Of a DNA stretch of 64,000 nucleotides, positions 50,096-60,622 are shown in pieces (position 1 is the first letter of the stretch; each line of letters begins with the position of its first letter). The notes under the pieces are model-generated. The model was not told where the DNA came from. It worked only from the letters and a program-made list of their open reading frames with translations, and ran no database searches. Both the position numbers and the translations under genes were made by a program. The stretch comes from Candidatus Eiseniibacteriota bacterium (GTDB lineage Bacteria > Eisenbacteria > RBG-16-71-46 > CAVPCR01). Where the stretch lies: NCBI GenBank assembly GCA_963823555.1, contig CAWGMA010000001.1, positions 1,792,001 through 1,856,000 of the forward strand, given 5' to 3'.

Positions 50096-51727
50096 TCACG
50101 GCGCCGCCCCGTCACCGGTCGGCGCAACCGAGGACTCGATCCCCATGCGCGAACCAGCCGGGTCATCGTAGCGCTCGAGCTCGATCCCGGGAAACGTGAC
50201 GCGGTCGCCCCGCGTGCGCGTCTCGGCCAGGATCTCACCGACATGATTCTCGGGGTCGGCGAGATACGGGCGGGCACGCAGCAGCCAGACGCGATGGTGC
50301 TCGCCGGTTGCCTTCTCGATCCGCCGGCGAAGCTCGAGATCATCTCCGATCCGATGCGGGTGGACGAGCAAGTAGCTCTCCGGGCGGCTTTCCGCGTACA
50401 GAAACACCGGGGCTGGCGCACCGATGCCGATCAGAGCATCCTGAGCCAGGAGATGCTCGTCGAGATAGGCGCCGGCGCTGCGGTAGTCCTCCTTGGCATA
50501 GGCGGAATCCCGCCGCAGGTGCCACCACGAGATCAGCGAGACCATGACCAGGAGCGCTGCGAGCCAGCGGCTGAGGCTCGGTCTGCGGCCGAGGGCGAGT
50601 CCGGCTCCGAGCAGCACGAGAAACGCCGGGAAGGACACCGCGACGTAACGTGCATTCCAGACCTTGACGTTGGTGACGGCCATCCAGGCTGCGATCGAGA
50701 ACGGGATCAGGATCCACAGCAGGACGAACGTCGCCTCTGCCGGGCGACGCCTGACCAGGGCGAAGAGTCCCCATAGCGCACAGCCCCCGAACGCCACAGC
50801 CACTCCCAGGATCAGGGGCAGGTGTCGCCGCACCGGTCCGCTTCCCGGCAGATGAAGCTCGGCGGGCGTCGGCCCCAGACTGAAGCCGACGGCAAACGCA
50901 TAGAAGGTATATGGCACGGCGAGGGCCGGCATCGTGGTCTCCCCCCTGAGTGGGGGCTCCTCCTCGGCTCCGCGATCGACGACGCGACCCACATCGTGCC
51001 TCTCGCCGAAGATGCCGAGCCAGGGCGTCGCCACGAGGACCACCATGAGCCACGCCAGGACGAAGCCGAGCACACGCCGGCGACCAAGGGCGCGAGCGCG
51101 CCCCAGCACCACCACTCCATGCACAGGGAGGAGAAAGCCCGCCGTCAGACTCGCCCCGAGACCGAGCGCAATACTGGCCGCATACAGCGCAAACTGGAGC
51201 ACGCCACCCCGGTGTCGCACGAGATCGACAAGGAACAGCGTGGCGACAACAGCAGCGAGGATGACCAGGCTGTAGCCGCGAAGCTCCTGCGCATACCAGA
51301 TGTGGAAGGGAGAAACGGCGAGCAGCAACGTGGCCAGGATCGCAGGCCGGGCACCGGCAAGTCGCTCGGCGAGCGCGTAGAAGGGCGGGATGGTTGCCAC
51401 GGCGAAGATGACTGGCAGGACGCGGAGCGCCGCATCGCTCATGCCAACCAGCCGACTCCACGCATGGACGAGCAGCATGAACAGCGGTCCCTGCGTCACC
51501 AGGAGGAGGTCGGATAGATGCCAGGGCGGGATTTCCGGGGCGCGCGGCACACCAGCGACCGCAAGGGTGTGCATCTCGTCGGTCCACAAGGACTGATCGC
51601 CCAGCCCGATGACGCGGAGGACCAGCGCGACCACCGTCAATGTCAGCACGACCGGCCAGACATGGCCGCCGGCTTCGCCGACCGTGAGGGCTCGCTCGCT
51701 GCGCCCGATGTGAGCTTGGCGTTTCAT
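50096..51727 (-). CDS. Multi-TM GT-C fold glycosyltransferase (PMT/ArnT-like, GT39/83)
   Basis: SLWTDE first-loop motif, ALRVLP and SPFHIWYAQELRGY motifs, many TM helices. Confidence 0.88.
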   Translation of the reverse strand: MKRQAHIGRSERALTVGEAGGHVWPVVLTLTVVALVLRVIGLGDQSLWTDEMHTLAVAGVPRAPEIPPWHLSDLLLVTQGPLFMLLVHAWSRLVGMSDAALRVLPVIFAVATIPPFYALAERLAGARPAILATLLLAVSPFHIWYAQELRGYSLVILAAVVATLFLVDLVRHRGGVLQFALYAASIALGLGASLTAGFLLPVHGVVVLGRARALGRRRVLGFVLAWLMVVLVATPWLGIFGERHDVGRVVDRGAEEEPPLRGETTMPALAVPYTFYAFAVGFSLGPTPAELHLPGSGPVRRHLPLILGVAVAFGGCALWGLFALVRRRPAEATFVLLWILIPFSIAAWMAVTNVKVWNARYVAVSFPAFLVLLGAGLALGRRPSLSRWLAALLVMVSLISWWHLRRDSAYAKEDYRSAGAYLDEHLLAQDALIGIGAPAPVFLYAESRPESYLLVHPHRIGDDLELRRRIEKATGEHHRVWLLRARPYLADPENHVGEILAETRTRGDRVTFPGIELERYDDPAGSRMGIESSVAPTGDGAAP

Positions 51728-51733
51728 CCCGAC

Positions 51734-52420
51734 TCAGCTGGGCTGTCTCGCCGCAGCACCGGCGCTCGCCGGCTCGCTGGCAGTCGCATCCTCGCGTTCG
51801 AGGAGCAGGATCCAGGTCTCGGAGAAGAAGGGCAGCATGGCGAGAGCAAGGCGTACCCTGAGGCCGAGGGTGGCCAGCTCCTCGCGGGTCCGCGCCAGGG
51901 GCTCGCTGAACCACGGCCGGGCGGGGGCGCGGCGGAGGCGCCGGCGGAACCGGGTCCAGGGCGTCGAGTCATAGCAGGCCACCACCAGGTAGCGCCGGCT
52001 GACACGCGCCATCTCGGACAGCGCTTGCCGCCTCACCGGCGGCGGCAGGTGGGCGGTGAAGCGAAGCGAGACCACGAGGTCGAAATCGCGGTCGGAGAAC
52101 GGCAGGGCAGTGGCATCGGCGACGGTGACACGACTCGCATAGCCGCCCGCCTGGCGCAGCATCTCAGGCGAGAGATCGGCCCCGATGACGGTGGCGAACC
52201 GGGAGGCAAGGAGCCGGGCGAGTCGCCCGGTCCCCGCCGGCAGATCGAGGACGCGCCCACCGGCGGGGATGCCGGCGGTATCGATCGCATTCGCGATGAG
52301 TTCCTGCTCGCGGCGATCGACCAGTCGTCCACGCCATGAGCGGAATCGCCGCGCATTATAGCTCTGCGCTTCAGCGGGATCGCGGTAGCGATCACGGGCG
52401 GGATAGACCGCCTTGCTCAT
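51734..52420 (-). CDS. Class I SAM-dependent methyltransferase
   Basis: VLDLPAGTGR, ADLSPEML, DATALPF and FDLVVS motifs. Confidence 0.9.
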   Translation of the reverse strand: MSKAVYPARDRYRDPAEAQSYNARRFRSWRGRLVDRREQELIANAIDTAGIPAGGRVLDLPAGTGRLARLLASRFATVIGADLSPEMLRQAGGYASRVTVADATALPFSDRDFDLVVSLRFTAHLPPPVRRQALSEMARVSRRYLVVACYDSTPWTRFRRRLRRAPARPWFSEPLARTREELATLGLRVRLALAMLPFFSETWILLLEREDATASEPASAGAAARQPS

Positions 52421-53664
52421 CTTGAGCTCCCCACTCCGCTGCGCCGTCGGCGAACCGATGCGGCGAAGAAATCGATGTAGGCATCGGTGATGGTATCGAA
52501 ACCGAAGCGCCGGGCCGCCTGCTCCGCGGCGCGCGCACCCAGCGAACGGAACCGGGCCCGGTCCTCGAGCACGGAGAGAAGGGGTCCTTCCAGCGCGGCG
52601 GTGGTGGGCGCGACCAGACCGGATTCACCGTCGGCGATCACCTCGTCGACGGCCAGTGCCGACGTGGTCGCGACCGGGGTGCCGAGCGCCATGGCCTCGA
52701 TCCAGGTCAGGGGTGGAGCCACCGTGGACGTCGTGCGCACGACCGGGGAGACCAGACAGTCGGCTCGCGCCAGGAGCGCGAGGAAGTCGGCGCAGCTCTT
52801 CTCGGCATGGATGCGCTCCGCGGAGAGGGCGCGGAACTCGTCACGCCAGGATTCCGGCTTGAAGACGAACGCAAAGTGGAGGTCGGGGACCTTGGCGACC
52901 AGGGCCCGGGCGAGCACGGCGGTTTCCTGCAGGGACTCCTCGGCCACTTGCTGCAGGAAACCGGTCCACACCAGGAGCGGCGCACCGGGCGGCATCCCGT
53001 ACGGTAGCGCCGCGGCCTCGCGGCGAGCATCGCTCACGGCGAATCCGGGCGCCGGCCCCCAGCGCAGGGTGGCGAGCGTCTCCTCACGGACCCCGATCTC
53101 GGCCAGGATTCCCCGGTAGGCATCGGTGAGACAGGCCACGCCATCGAGGCCGCGGAAGCTCGAACCGAGATACCGGCGATAGATGCCGGCGCGTGGATCG
53201 TAGCGCAGCGCGGTCGCGGTCACGGCGGTCACCCGCAGCTGGCGTCTGATCCAGGGCATGGCTGGACCGAAGTTGTCGATGAAGTGGAGGACATCGAACC
53301 CCTCATCGCGCATCAACCCGGCCAGCCGACGGCGCAGTGCCGCGACGGTCAGCTGTCGCTCGATGGACTCGCGCAGCGGGCCATGGAGATGATGGTACGA
53401 CCAGGTACCTCCGGCCTGGTGAAAGTAGCGGTCGGGATTGCCGCGGCAGAAGGGACGCCGGACGTTCCAGATCCGCACCGGACCGCCGGGGGTCTCCTGA
53501 ATCGCTTCTCCGATCGGTCCGTCGTTCACCGAGAGCACAGCGAGATCATCGAGTCGGCCGCGGAGACCGCTGACCAGATCGACAAAGAAGTTCTTGTCGC
53601 CGGCCGTGCGCCGGGGAAAGTAACCGAGGCCGAGCATGAGCACCTTCGGACCGCGCCCCTTCAC
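52417..53664 (-). CDS. Divergent GT4 glycosyltransferase
   Basis: C-terminal PLTWIEAMALGTPV...EVIADGESGL. Confidence 0.8.
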   Translation of the reverse strand: MKGRGPKVLMLGLGYFPRRTAGDKNFFVDLVSGLRGRLDDLAVLSVNDGPIGEAIQETPGGPVRIWNVRRPFCRGNPDRYFHQAGGTWSYHHLHGPLRESIERQLTVAALRRRLAGLMRDEGFDVLHFIDNFGPAMPWIRRQLRVTAVTATALRYDPRAGIYRRYLGSSFRGLDGVACLTDAYRGILAEIGVREETLATLRWGPAPGFAVSDARREAAALPYGMPPGAPLLVWTGFLQQVAEESLQETAVLARALVAKVPDLHFAFVFKPESWRDEFRALSAERIHAEKSCADFLALLARADCLVSPVVRTTSTVAPPLTWIEAMALGTPVATTSALAVDEVIADGESGLVAPTTAALEGPLLSVLEDRARFRSLGARAAEQAARRFGFDTITDAYIDFFAASVRRRRSGVGSSR

Positions 53665-54935
53665 CGCTCCTCCCTGGGGACGACGCCGGCCTTCCGGCGC
53701 GCGGAGCCGGCCAGGAGAGCGGTGACCTGCGCGGCGACTCGATCCCAGGTGTACTCCCTGAGCACCCGCTCCCGGTACCGCGCACCGAGTTCTCGCCGGC
53801 GTGCGTCGTCGGCGACCAGGGCCAGTACCGCAGCCGCCAGCGCCGATGCATCCTCGTCCCGAACCAGGATGCCCTCATGACCATCGGCCATGACTTCCTC
53901 GACGGCCGTCACCCGCGGCGCCACGATCGCCAGCCCCGCCGCGCCATACTCGAATAGCTTGATCGGAGAGGAATACCAGGGAGAGCCGGCCAGCAAACCG
54001 ATGTCAAGAGCAGCGACATGGGCCGGAACGGCGTCCGGCGCCACGCCGCCGGTCAAGGTCACGCGGGAGTCGAGATCGTGCTCGGCGATGAATCGCTTGA
54101 CGTCGGGCATCAGCTGGCCATCACCGACGAGAACGACGTGCGCGCGGCGGGTGGCTGCAGCCACCTGCGCACAGGCCGCCATCAACGCCGGCATGCCGCG
54201 CCAGAAAGCAAAGCGGCCGATGTAGCCCACAGCGACCTGATCGGGAGCCACACCCAGCCGCCGCCGCAGCTCGGCCCGGGCCTCAGGTTCCACAGCGAAC
54301 ACCTCTGGCCGCACGGCGTTCGGGATCACGGAGATACGCGCCGGATCGGCTCCGCGCTCGGCAAGATAGGACTTGAGGGGTGATGTGACGCATACCATCT
54401 GATCGGCCAGCCGCATCTTCTCTTGCTCGCGGCGAACACCGATCCTGAACAGCGGGTAGCCATGGTGGTCGCGCCGCTCTTCGATCGGCGCGTTCACCTC
54501 GAGGACATGGGGCAATCCCCGCGCCGCAGCCAGGCGGACTCCCGACAGCTGCATGAACGCCGAGCGCTCGTAGATGGCGTCCACGCCGGCTTCGCTCACC
54601 AGGCGTTCGAGCCGTCCGTAAACCCTCGCGTCACCAACCAGCTCGCTCACGTCCCGCGCGAGATGGCGCACCGGCCGCGGCAACGCGGCACCGATCGGCC
54701 CACCGCGCCGCTTCCGGGTCGCCCCTCCGCCCCCGGCTCCCGGTCGCCGGCCGGGGTCGACCCCGGCCGCCTCTCGCGCAACGACCCCGCCGCTTCCCGC
54801 GATGTATCGGATGACCTCATGCCCCGCATTCTCGAGCGCGGACGCGACCTCGCGCATGTGCGTTCCGTAGCCCAGAGGGTCGTTGATACCCATCTGTGGA
54901 GCGAGCGAGAGGTAGAGGAGTTTCATGCCGAGCAT
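53661..54935 (-). CDS. GT4 glycosyltransferase
   Basis: IYERS, LEVNAP, VIPNAV and SPIKLFEYGAAG motifs. Confidence 0.9.
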   Translation of the reverse strand: MLGMKLLYLSLAPQMGINDPLGYGTHMREVASALENAGHEVIRYIAGSGGVVAREAAGVDPGRRPGAGGGGATRKRRGGPIGAALPRPVRHLARDVSELVGDARVYGRLERLVSEAGVDAIYERSAFMQLSGVRLAAARGLPHVLEVNAPIEERRDHHGYPLFRIGVRREQEKMRLADQMVCVTSPLKSYLAERGADPARISVIPNAVRPEVFAVEPEARAELRRRLGVAPDQVAVGYIGRFAFWRGMPALMAACAQVAAATRRAHVVLVGDGQLMPDVKRFIAEHDLDSRVTLTGGVAPDAVPAHVAALDIGLLAGSPWYSSPIKLFEYGAAGLAIVAPRVTAVEEVMADGHEGILVRDEDASALAAAVLALVADDARRRELGARYRERVLREYTWDRVAAQVTALLAGSARRKAGVVPREER

Positions 54936-55017
54936 CGCCTTCTCGAGACCGTCACGACCGACCGGCCTCCGGGTAGCTCGCGATCATGCGGGTTGAAGCG
55001 GGGCGGCTCCAGCGTAC

Positions 55018-56334
55018 TTACCAGCTGATTCCGATGTAGCGCTCGGCGGGCAGGCGACCGTTGGGCACGATCCGCACCAGGTCGATCACGATCTGGTCCG
55101 CGCGCAGGTGTTCGACCACCTCGCGATGGGCCGCCGACGCGGTGGCGACCACCACCACCTCCGAGTCATCGACCACATCGCGCATGGTCGGTTTCAGAAT
55201 GTCCGAGAGGTAGGGAATGTAGCTCTCCAGGTACTCCCGGTTGGCGCCGACCATGCGCGCGATGTCGATGTTCTCGTCGTGTACCTTGACCTGCATGCCG
55301 CGCCCGACCAGGGCCTCGACGACCTTGACGATCGGGCTCTCGCGGATGTCATCCGTGCCCGCCTTGAACGTGAGTCCGAGCACGCCGATCTTCTTCTTGC
55401 GCGTGCGCTCGATGAGCTTGAGCGCCGTTTCCACCTGCTGCTGATTCGATTCGAGCACCGAGGAGAGGAGTGGCGTCGTCACGTTCTGGCTTCGCGCGTA
55501 ACTGGTGAGTGCGCGCAGATCCTTGGGCAGACAGGAACCCCCGAAGGCAAATCCCGGCTTCAGATAGACCGGCGAGATGTTGAGCTTGGTATCGAGGCAG
55601 AAGAGATCCATGACCTCGTGACTGTCGATACCGACGCTCTTGCAGATGTTGCCCATCTCGTTGGCGAAGGCGACCTTGAGGGCATGGAAGGAGTTGTTGA
55701 CGTACTTGAGCATCTCGGCCGCGCCGAACGGAGTCGTCACCACGGGCGCCTCGATGCCGGCGTAGAGGTCTTTCACCACCTGCGCCGCCTGTTCATCGGT
55801 GGCGGCAATGACCGTGTAGGGTGGGCTCTCGAAATCCGAGAGAGCGCTCCCTTCCCGCAAGAACTCGGGGTTGTAGGCCACACCGAATCCGGCGCCCGGC
55901 CGGCGGCCCGAACCGCGCTCGAGCGCCGGAATGAACTCGCCCTCCATGGTGCCGGGTAGCACCGTGGAGCGGAGGACCACCACGTGGTAGCGGTCTTGAG
56001 CGCGCAGCGCCGCGGCGATCGAGGCGGCAATGCGTCGCACATAGGAGAGATCGAGGAAGCCCGCATCGGTCGACGGAGTGCCGACGCAGATCAGGGAGAC
56101 GTCGCTCTCGGCGACGGCACGCGCGGAATCGGTGGAAGCCGTCAGCCGGCCCGCTCGTCGCATCTCGGCAATGAGCTCCGGCAGCCCGCGCTCGACGATG
56201 GGGCTATGGCCGGCGTTGAGAGCGTCCACCTTGTGCTGGTTGACGTCGACGCCGACCACGTGATGACCCAGGCGCGCCAGGCAGCCGGCACTGACGCAAC
56301 CTACGTATCCGAGGCCGAATATTGCGATGCGCAC
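55018..56334 (-). CDS. NDP-sugar 6-dehydrogenase (GDP-mannose dehydrogenase, AlgD-like)
   Basis: IFGLGYVGCVS, CVGTPS, NPEFLREG, DTKLNISPVYLKPGFAFGGSCLPKD and FKAGTDDIRESP motifs. Confidence 0.93.
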   Translation of the reverse strand: MRIAIFGLGYVGCVSAGCLARLGHHVVGVDVNQHKVDALNAGHSPIVERGLPELIAEMRRAGRLTASTDSARAVAESDVSLICVGTPSTDAGFLDLSYVRRIAASIAAALRAQDRYHVVVLRSTVLPGTMEGEFIPALERGSGRRPGAGFGVAYNPEFLREGSALSDFESPPYTVIAATDEQAAQVVKDLYAGIEAPVVTTPFGAAEMLKYVNNSFHALKVAFANEMGNICKSVGIDSHEVMDLFCLDTKLNISPVYLKPGFAFGGSCLPKDLRALTSYARSQNVTTPLLSSVLESNQQQVETALKLIERTRKKKIGVLGLTFKAGTDDIRESPIVKVVEALVGRGMQVKVHDENIDIARMVGANREYLESYIPYLSDILKPTMRDVVDDSEVVVVATASAAHREVVEHLRADQIVIDLVRIVPNGRLPAERYIGISW

Positions 56335-56489
56335 GTGTTCCCTTTCCCTCATCGTGGGCCGCAACGCCGCCCACCGGCGAAGCCCCTCGCGGGAATCGGC
56401 TCCCGGCTGGAAGACGGGCGGCGCGCCCGGAACCGCGGGCCTCCCCTCGACCTATCGGCCACCGGCTGGGCCTTCCCCTGCCCGCCGCT

Positions 56490-56501
56490 TTATAGCACAG
56501 G
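56490..56501 (-). promoter_or_regulatory. Extended -10 promoter element internal to the glycan cluster
   Basis: CCTGTGCTATAA on the minus strand, in the intergenic gap. Confidence 0.5.
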
Positions 56502-56531
56502 CCCCGACCCCCTTCAGCGCTCACCCCTGCG

Positions 56532-59006
56532 TCATGCCGAGTCCCCACCCAGATCCAGTTCGAGCCAATCCGCGGTCCCCGGGACGGTGAGCGGTCTCCC
56601 GTTGAGCCGCACGTCGCGGATCCCGGGCGCCAGGAGGCGAAGGTGCCTGCCGTGACCCTCCACGACCGCCTGGTCACCCAGCCGGCGGAAGCAGAAATCC
56701 GCCGCGCCGCTCTCGGATTCGGCGACGACCACGCCCCGCGCCGCGAACCGCCTCAGGCCACGTCCGACGCAGGCGGTCATTCCGGTGCCGTCGCTCCACC
56801 GCACGAGAGCCAGGTGGCCGTCGAGCCGGACCTCCCCGCTCAGCGGACCTCCTTCCACCATGCCCTGGCCGCCGCCCGTGGCCACCAGATCCTGACCGGG
56901 CATGCCCTGAACCGCGAGCAGGTGGCCCGCCGTCAGCGGGCGCACCAGGGCGCTGGCCGCGGGCTCGATCGCCCCGGCGCCGGCCCGCGGGCGCAGCAGC
57001 AGGTGCATCGCGCCGGGCAGTGGCATCGTGGCTGCGAGCCGAAGCACGGGGGCGGGCTCGAGCCGGCCGAAGGCGGGTGATGACCAGCCCTGAAGCGGGC
57101 GTTCGCTGCCATGGAACCAGTCCATTTCCGGTGTGGGCGTCGAGAGCACCGCGACCTCGAGCGTGACATCGTTTCCGGTCGCGGCCGACAGCACCGTTCC
57201 ACTTCGCCCCACGAAACGCATTCCCGGAGCGAAATGAAGAAACGATTCGACGAGATGCTCCCCGCTGCCGGCGAGCTCATCGATCAGCCAGAAGTAATCG
57301 GGCTTGATGAAGATGATGGTCCGGCGATGATGCACCGGAGATCGCAATCGCGCGTAACCATCATGCTCGCCGCTGACGAGATCGAGAGCCGGCCAGGTCG
57401 CCCAATCGACGAGGCGTCCGCGGGCCTTGTGCCCCCAGAGGAACGCGCCGCGCATCTCCGACTGCTCGCATGCGTCGATGCGGAGCGTCGAATGCGCCGC
57501 GGTCGAGCGGAAGTGATCCCGGTATTCGGGCTCGGCGTGGTAGGTGTAGGTGCCGGGATCGATGAGCAAGGGCTCGCCGAAGGCCCCGCAGGCGATGGCC
57601 AGGCAATCGGCGTGACCATGAGCGGCGGTCTCCAGGTAGCCGAGCTCGCCGGCATCGAAGAGAAGGCCCCGATCCCCGCTCGCATCACGCAGGAGAGCAT
57701 AGCCACTCTCGGCGTAGAGCCGCGAGACCGGGGCCGCGCGCTCCGCCATGAGCGCCGCGAACCTCCCGCGACCCTCTTCCCCCAGGAGGAAGGCAGCTGC
57801 CGGTGTGAGATCCCTGACCAGGGCCCGCCAGTCGGCGCGATGGAAGAGCACGGCACCCAGGGCCAGCAGCGTCCGGCGCGGCGTGGTCTCAAGCGCCAGG
57901 GGCAACACGGTCTGATCGTCGGAGTCACCGATCGCCGGGGCCCCTCCCGGGAAGGCCTCGGCCTCCGCCACGAAATCCAGCATCGCGGCGATTCGCTCGC
58001 GCGCCGCGGCCGGAGGTTCCTCCCCGTTCGCCTGCAACGCGAGCCAGGTCAGAAGGGCGAGCTCCAGCACAAACTCGTGGTAGTGGAGCGAAGCCTCCCG
58101 CGACACGCCGTCCTTCGCGGTCTGGCGCAGGATCTCAGTCCAGAGAATCTCGCGTCCGGTCTCGCGCCAGACCGCCGCGCGCCTGAGCCCGCTGAAACCA
58201 ATTCCGGCGTGGACGAGCCCCGCGGCTTGCGCGATCAGATGGTTATTGGCTGAGGAATGGCGCGACAGGCTGCCGAGGATATGCTCGGCCTGGAGATGCA
58301 CGGAGCGCGCCAGCGAGGGCCCGAGATCCGTCAAGGCAGCCGATCCACCGATCATCCGCACCCCACGCGACCAGGCTACGAGGCGGAGCGCCAGTTCGAG
58401 GGGGATCATCCACTGAATCCCGTGGTAGGGAGGGCATTGATCGATCCAGCTCCGGATCAGGGCACCGGTCCGCGCCGCAGTTCGCTCATCGCCGCCCAGG
58501 TAGTACGGGAGGGCCAGGGCGGCGAGGTTCAAGTGCCGGCCCTGATACCAGAGGCGGCGTATCCCTCCCTCCAGATCCGGATTCCGGTAGTCGATCCGGG
58601 ACCAGTGAACCAGCGGAAAGCGTCTGCCAGTCAGGGGATCGGCATTCCAGTCGGGAGTTCCTCCGCCTGGATCGTTCTGATCCAGCAGCGACGCCCCCTT
58701 CCCCATTCCGGCCTGGGCGGATCCGGTCCCCGCGCTCGCAGCCGCGAGCGCTCGGACCAGGTCCGCTCGCCCCGGCCCCTCCCAAGGGAGTAGGCGCATC
58801 GGCCTTTCCCCGAACAAGCGCGACTCGGAGTCCCGGGAAGCCGGCGCCACGTCGTGGTCAGCAACAGCGCCGGTTTCGATTCCCATGGAGACCGCCACGC
58901 GATGAGTTCGGACCGCGAAGGCCCGGTGGGCGCGCCAGCTCATTTCCTGAGGCGACATCGCCCGGGCCCGGTCCAGAGTCCATTTGAGTCGATGGAGCCG
59001 CGACAT
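56532..59006 (-). CDS. Heparinase II/III family protein
   Basis: SANNHL, EASLHYH, IGDSD, AHGHADCL, LIDPGTYTY and FRSTAAHST motifs. Confidence 0.9.
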   Translation of the reverse strand: MSRLHRLKWTLDRARAMSPQEMSWRAHRAFAVRTHRVAVSMGIETGAVADHDVAPASRDSESRLFGERPMRLLPWEGPGRADLVRALAAASAGTGSAQAGMGKGASLLDQNDPGGGTPDWNADPLTGRRFPLVHWSRIDYRNPDLEGGIRRLWYQGRHLNLAALALPYYLGGDERTAARTGALIRSWIDQCPPYHGIQWMIPLELALRLVAWSRGVRMIGGSAALTDLGPSLARSVHLQAEHILGSLSRHSSANNHLIAQAAGLVHAGIGFSGLRRAAVWRETGREILWTEILRQTAKDGVSREASLHYHEFVLELALLTWLALQANGEEPPAAARERIAAMLDFVAEAEAFPGGAPAIGDSDDQTVLPLALETTPRRTLLALGAVLFHRADWRALVRDLTPAAAFLLGEEGRGRFAALMAERAAPVSRLYAESGYALLRDASGDRGLLFDAGELGYLETAAHGHADCLAIACGAFGEPLLIDPGTYTYHAEPEYRDHFRSTAAHSTLRIDACEQSEMRGAFLWGHKARGRLVDWATWPALDLVSGEHDGYARLRSPVHHRRTIIFIKPDYFWLIDELAGSGEHLVESFLHFAPGMRFVGRSGTVLSAATGNDVTLEVAVLSTPTPEMDWFHGSERPLQGWSSPAFGRLEPAPVLRLAATMPLPGAMHLLLRPRAGAGAIEPAASALVRPLTAGHLLAVQGMPGQDLVATGGGQGMVEGGPLSGEVRLDGHLALVRWSDGTGMTACVGRGLRRFAARGVVVAESESGAADFCFRRLGDQAVVEGHGRHLRLLAPGIRDVRLNGRPLTVPGTADWLELDLGGDSA

Positions 59007-59367
59007 GTCTCCGCCGTCGAAGTGCTTGGGTTTCTGCCGCCTCTCCACAAGGACGGGGTTCCCGGGCGAAGAGACGAGGCCGATGAGGCAAGCCGGACTG
59101 GCAGGCTGAGGGTCCGGTCACTTGGTGGGAGCTTACACGCCTCCGGGCCGCTTCCGGCGCGGGAACAGTGGCCGGACCGAGGCAGGTCGGTAAGGTCGAC
59201 CGGCATGAGCGTCCGGCTCGCGCTGGCCGCAGGGTCCGGGAGCCGACATCGCCATGATCGGCCGGTCGGGGTCCGGCCGATCCAGGGCTCACCTCAAGGA
59301 CCCGGCAGGTCGCGCGGCCCGCTGCGCGGAAGCGGCCCTCGATCTGTTTGCGGCCGTGAGACAGCGT

Positions 59368-59395
59368 GTGGCTTCGGGCTCGGCGCCGAAGCCAC
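59368..59395 (-). terminator. GC-rich hairpin downstream of the sugar transferase gene
   Basis: 10-bp perfect stem GTGGCTTCGG/CCGAAGCCAC with no U tract. Confidence 0.4.
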
Positions 59396-59409
59396 CGTCA
59401 GGCCTGGCG

Positions 59410-60138
59410 CTAGTAGGCACCCCGGCAGGAGAGAACAGCCGGGATGGTCCGCGCCAGAATGCGCATGTCGTTGGCGAACGAGCGGTTGTAGATGTACTCG
59501 AGATCCAGGCGAACCCACTCGTCGAAACTCAGGTCGGAGCGTCCGGAGACTTGCCACAGGCAAGTGAGCCCGGGCTTGACCGACAGCCGGCGCATTTGAC
59601 TCGGCGTGTACTGCTCGACCTCCTCGGGGATGGGGGGGCGCGGACCGACGATCGACATATCACCGCGCAACACGTTCCACAGCTGCGGCAGCTCGTCGAT
59701 CGACGTGCGCCGAATGAAGCGACCCACTCGGGTCATACGGGGATCGTTGGCCAGCTTGAAAACCGGCCCATCCACTTCGTTCAGATGCAGAAGGGTGGTT
59801 CTGAGGCTGTGCGCGTTCTCACGCATCGACCGCAGCTTGTAGAACGTGAAGGGCTCGCCGCCGAGACCGCAACGTGTCGAACGGAAGAGAACGGTGCCCC
59901 GCGAGTCCATCTTGATGGCAAGGGCGATGATGGCAAGGACCGGGAGGCAGATGAAGAGCAGAATGGAGGCGATGATCACATCGAGCCAACGCTTGCCCGC
60001 TTTCTCATAGAAGGAAGCTTCGGAACGGGCACCGGCATCGAGGATCGAGGAGTCGATGGTGAAGGGAACGGCTTCCTCACCAGGAAGGGTTGCAAGGCGG
60101 TGTTCGGCGATGGCGGTCAGCTGGTTGGGAGGATTCAT
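59410..60138 (-). CDS. Priming phosphoglycosyl transferase (Bac_transf)
   Basis: KRWLD, YKLRSM, DPRMTRVGRFIRRTSIDELPQLWNVLRGDMSIVGPRP and KPGLTCLWQ motifs. Confidence 0.95.
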   Translation of the reverse strand: MNPPNQLTAIAEHRLATLPGEEAVPFTIDSSILDAGARSEASFYEKAGKRWLDVIIASILLFICLPVLAIIALAIKMDSRGTVLFRSTRCGLGGEPFTFYKLRSMRENAHSLRTTLLHLNEVDGPVFKLANDPRMTRVGRFIRRTSIDELPQLWNVLRGDMSIVGPRPPIPEEVEQYTPSQMRRLSVKPGLTCLWQVSGRSDLSFDEWVRLDLEYIYNRSFANDMRILARTIPAVLSCRGAY

Positions 60139-60551
60139 GTCAAGCCACCCGCTGCTCCATGGATGCTAGGCCAAAGGCCAGTTTCCCGGCCCGGTGGACG
60201 AACCCGCGCCAGCTGTTCCATTTCGGAGCAACTCCGACGCGTTTCTGGCTTGAGCGGTGGGAGTCCGGAGTCGATCGACCCGGTGGGCGAGAACCTGGCC
60301 GCCGCACCCAGCGAGGCAAGGCTCATTGGGGGCACGACGATCGTGTGAGGGGGACCGCCACGAGTTGCGAGGCGGCACTGCTCAACCGGCTCTCAGCCTA
60401 GACCATCCGCTGCGGCCAGAAATCGCGCCTTTGGTGCTCCGCCAGCGACTGCTACGATGGACAAACTGACTGCGAGTCTGGCTTTAACAAGTGTCCGCTA
60501 GGAGTCCTTCTGAGCATGACCGCCACTTGCGATGCACAGATGACGAGTTGG

Positions 60552-60580
60552 ACTATAACAAGCGCCCCCTCCCAAGTCAA
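60552..60580 (-). promoter_or_regulatory. Near-consensus sigma70 promoter of the glycan operon
   Basis: TTGACT-N17-TATAGT with an extended TG, about 410 nt upstream of the first gene. Confidence 0.75.
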
Positions 60581-60622
60581 TGGACTTTTGAGGATTAGCC
60601 ATTCCTGGAGCTCCTGGCCCCG

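Noticed and set aside
58858..59409. Small CDS between the sugar transferase and heparinase genes
   Set aside because: Candidate ORFs are low-complexity Pro/Arg-rich, overlap neighbouring genes and show no motif.
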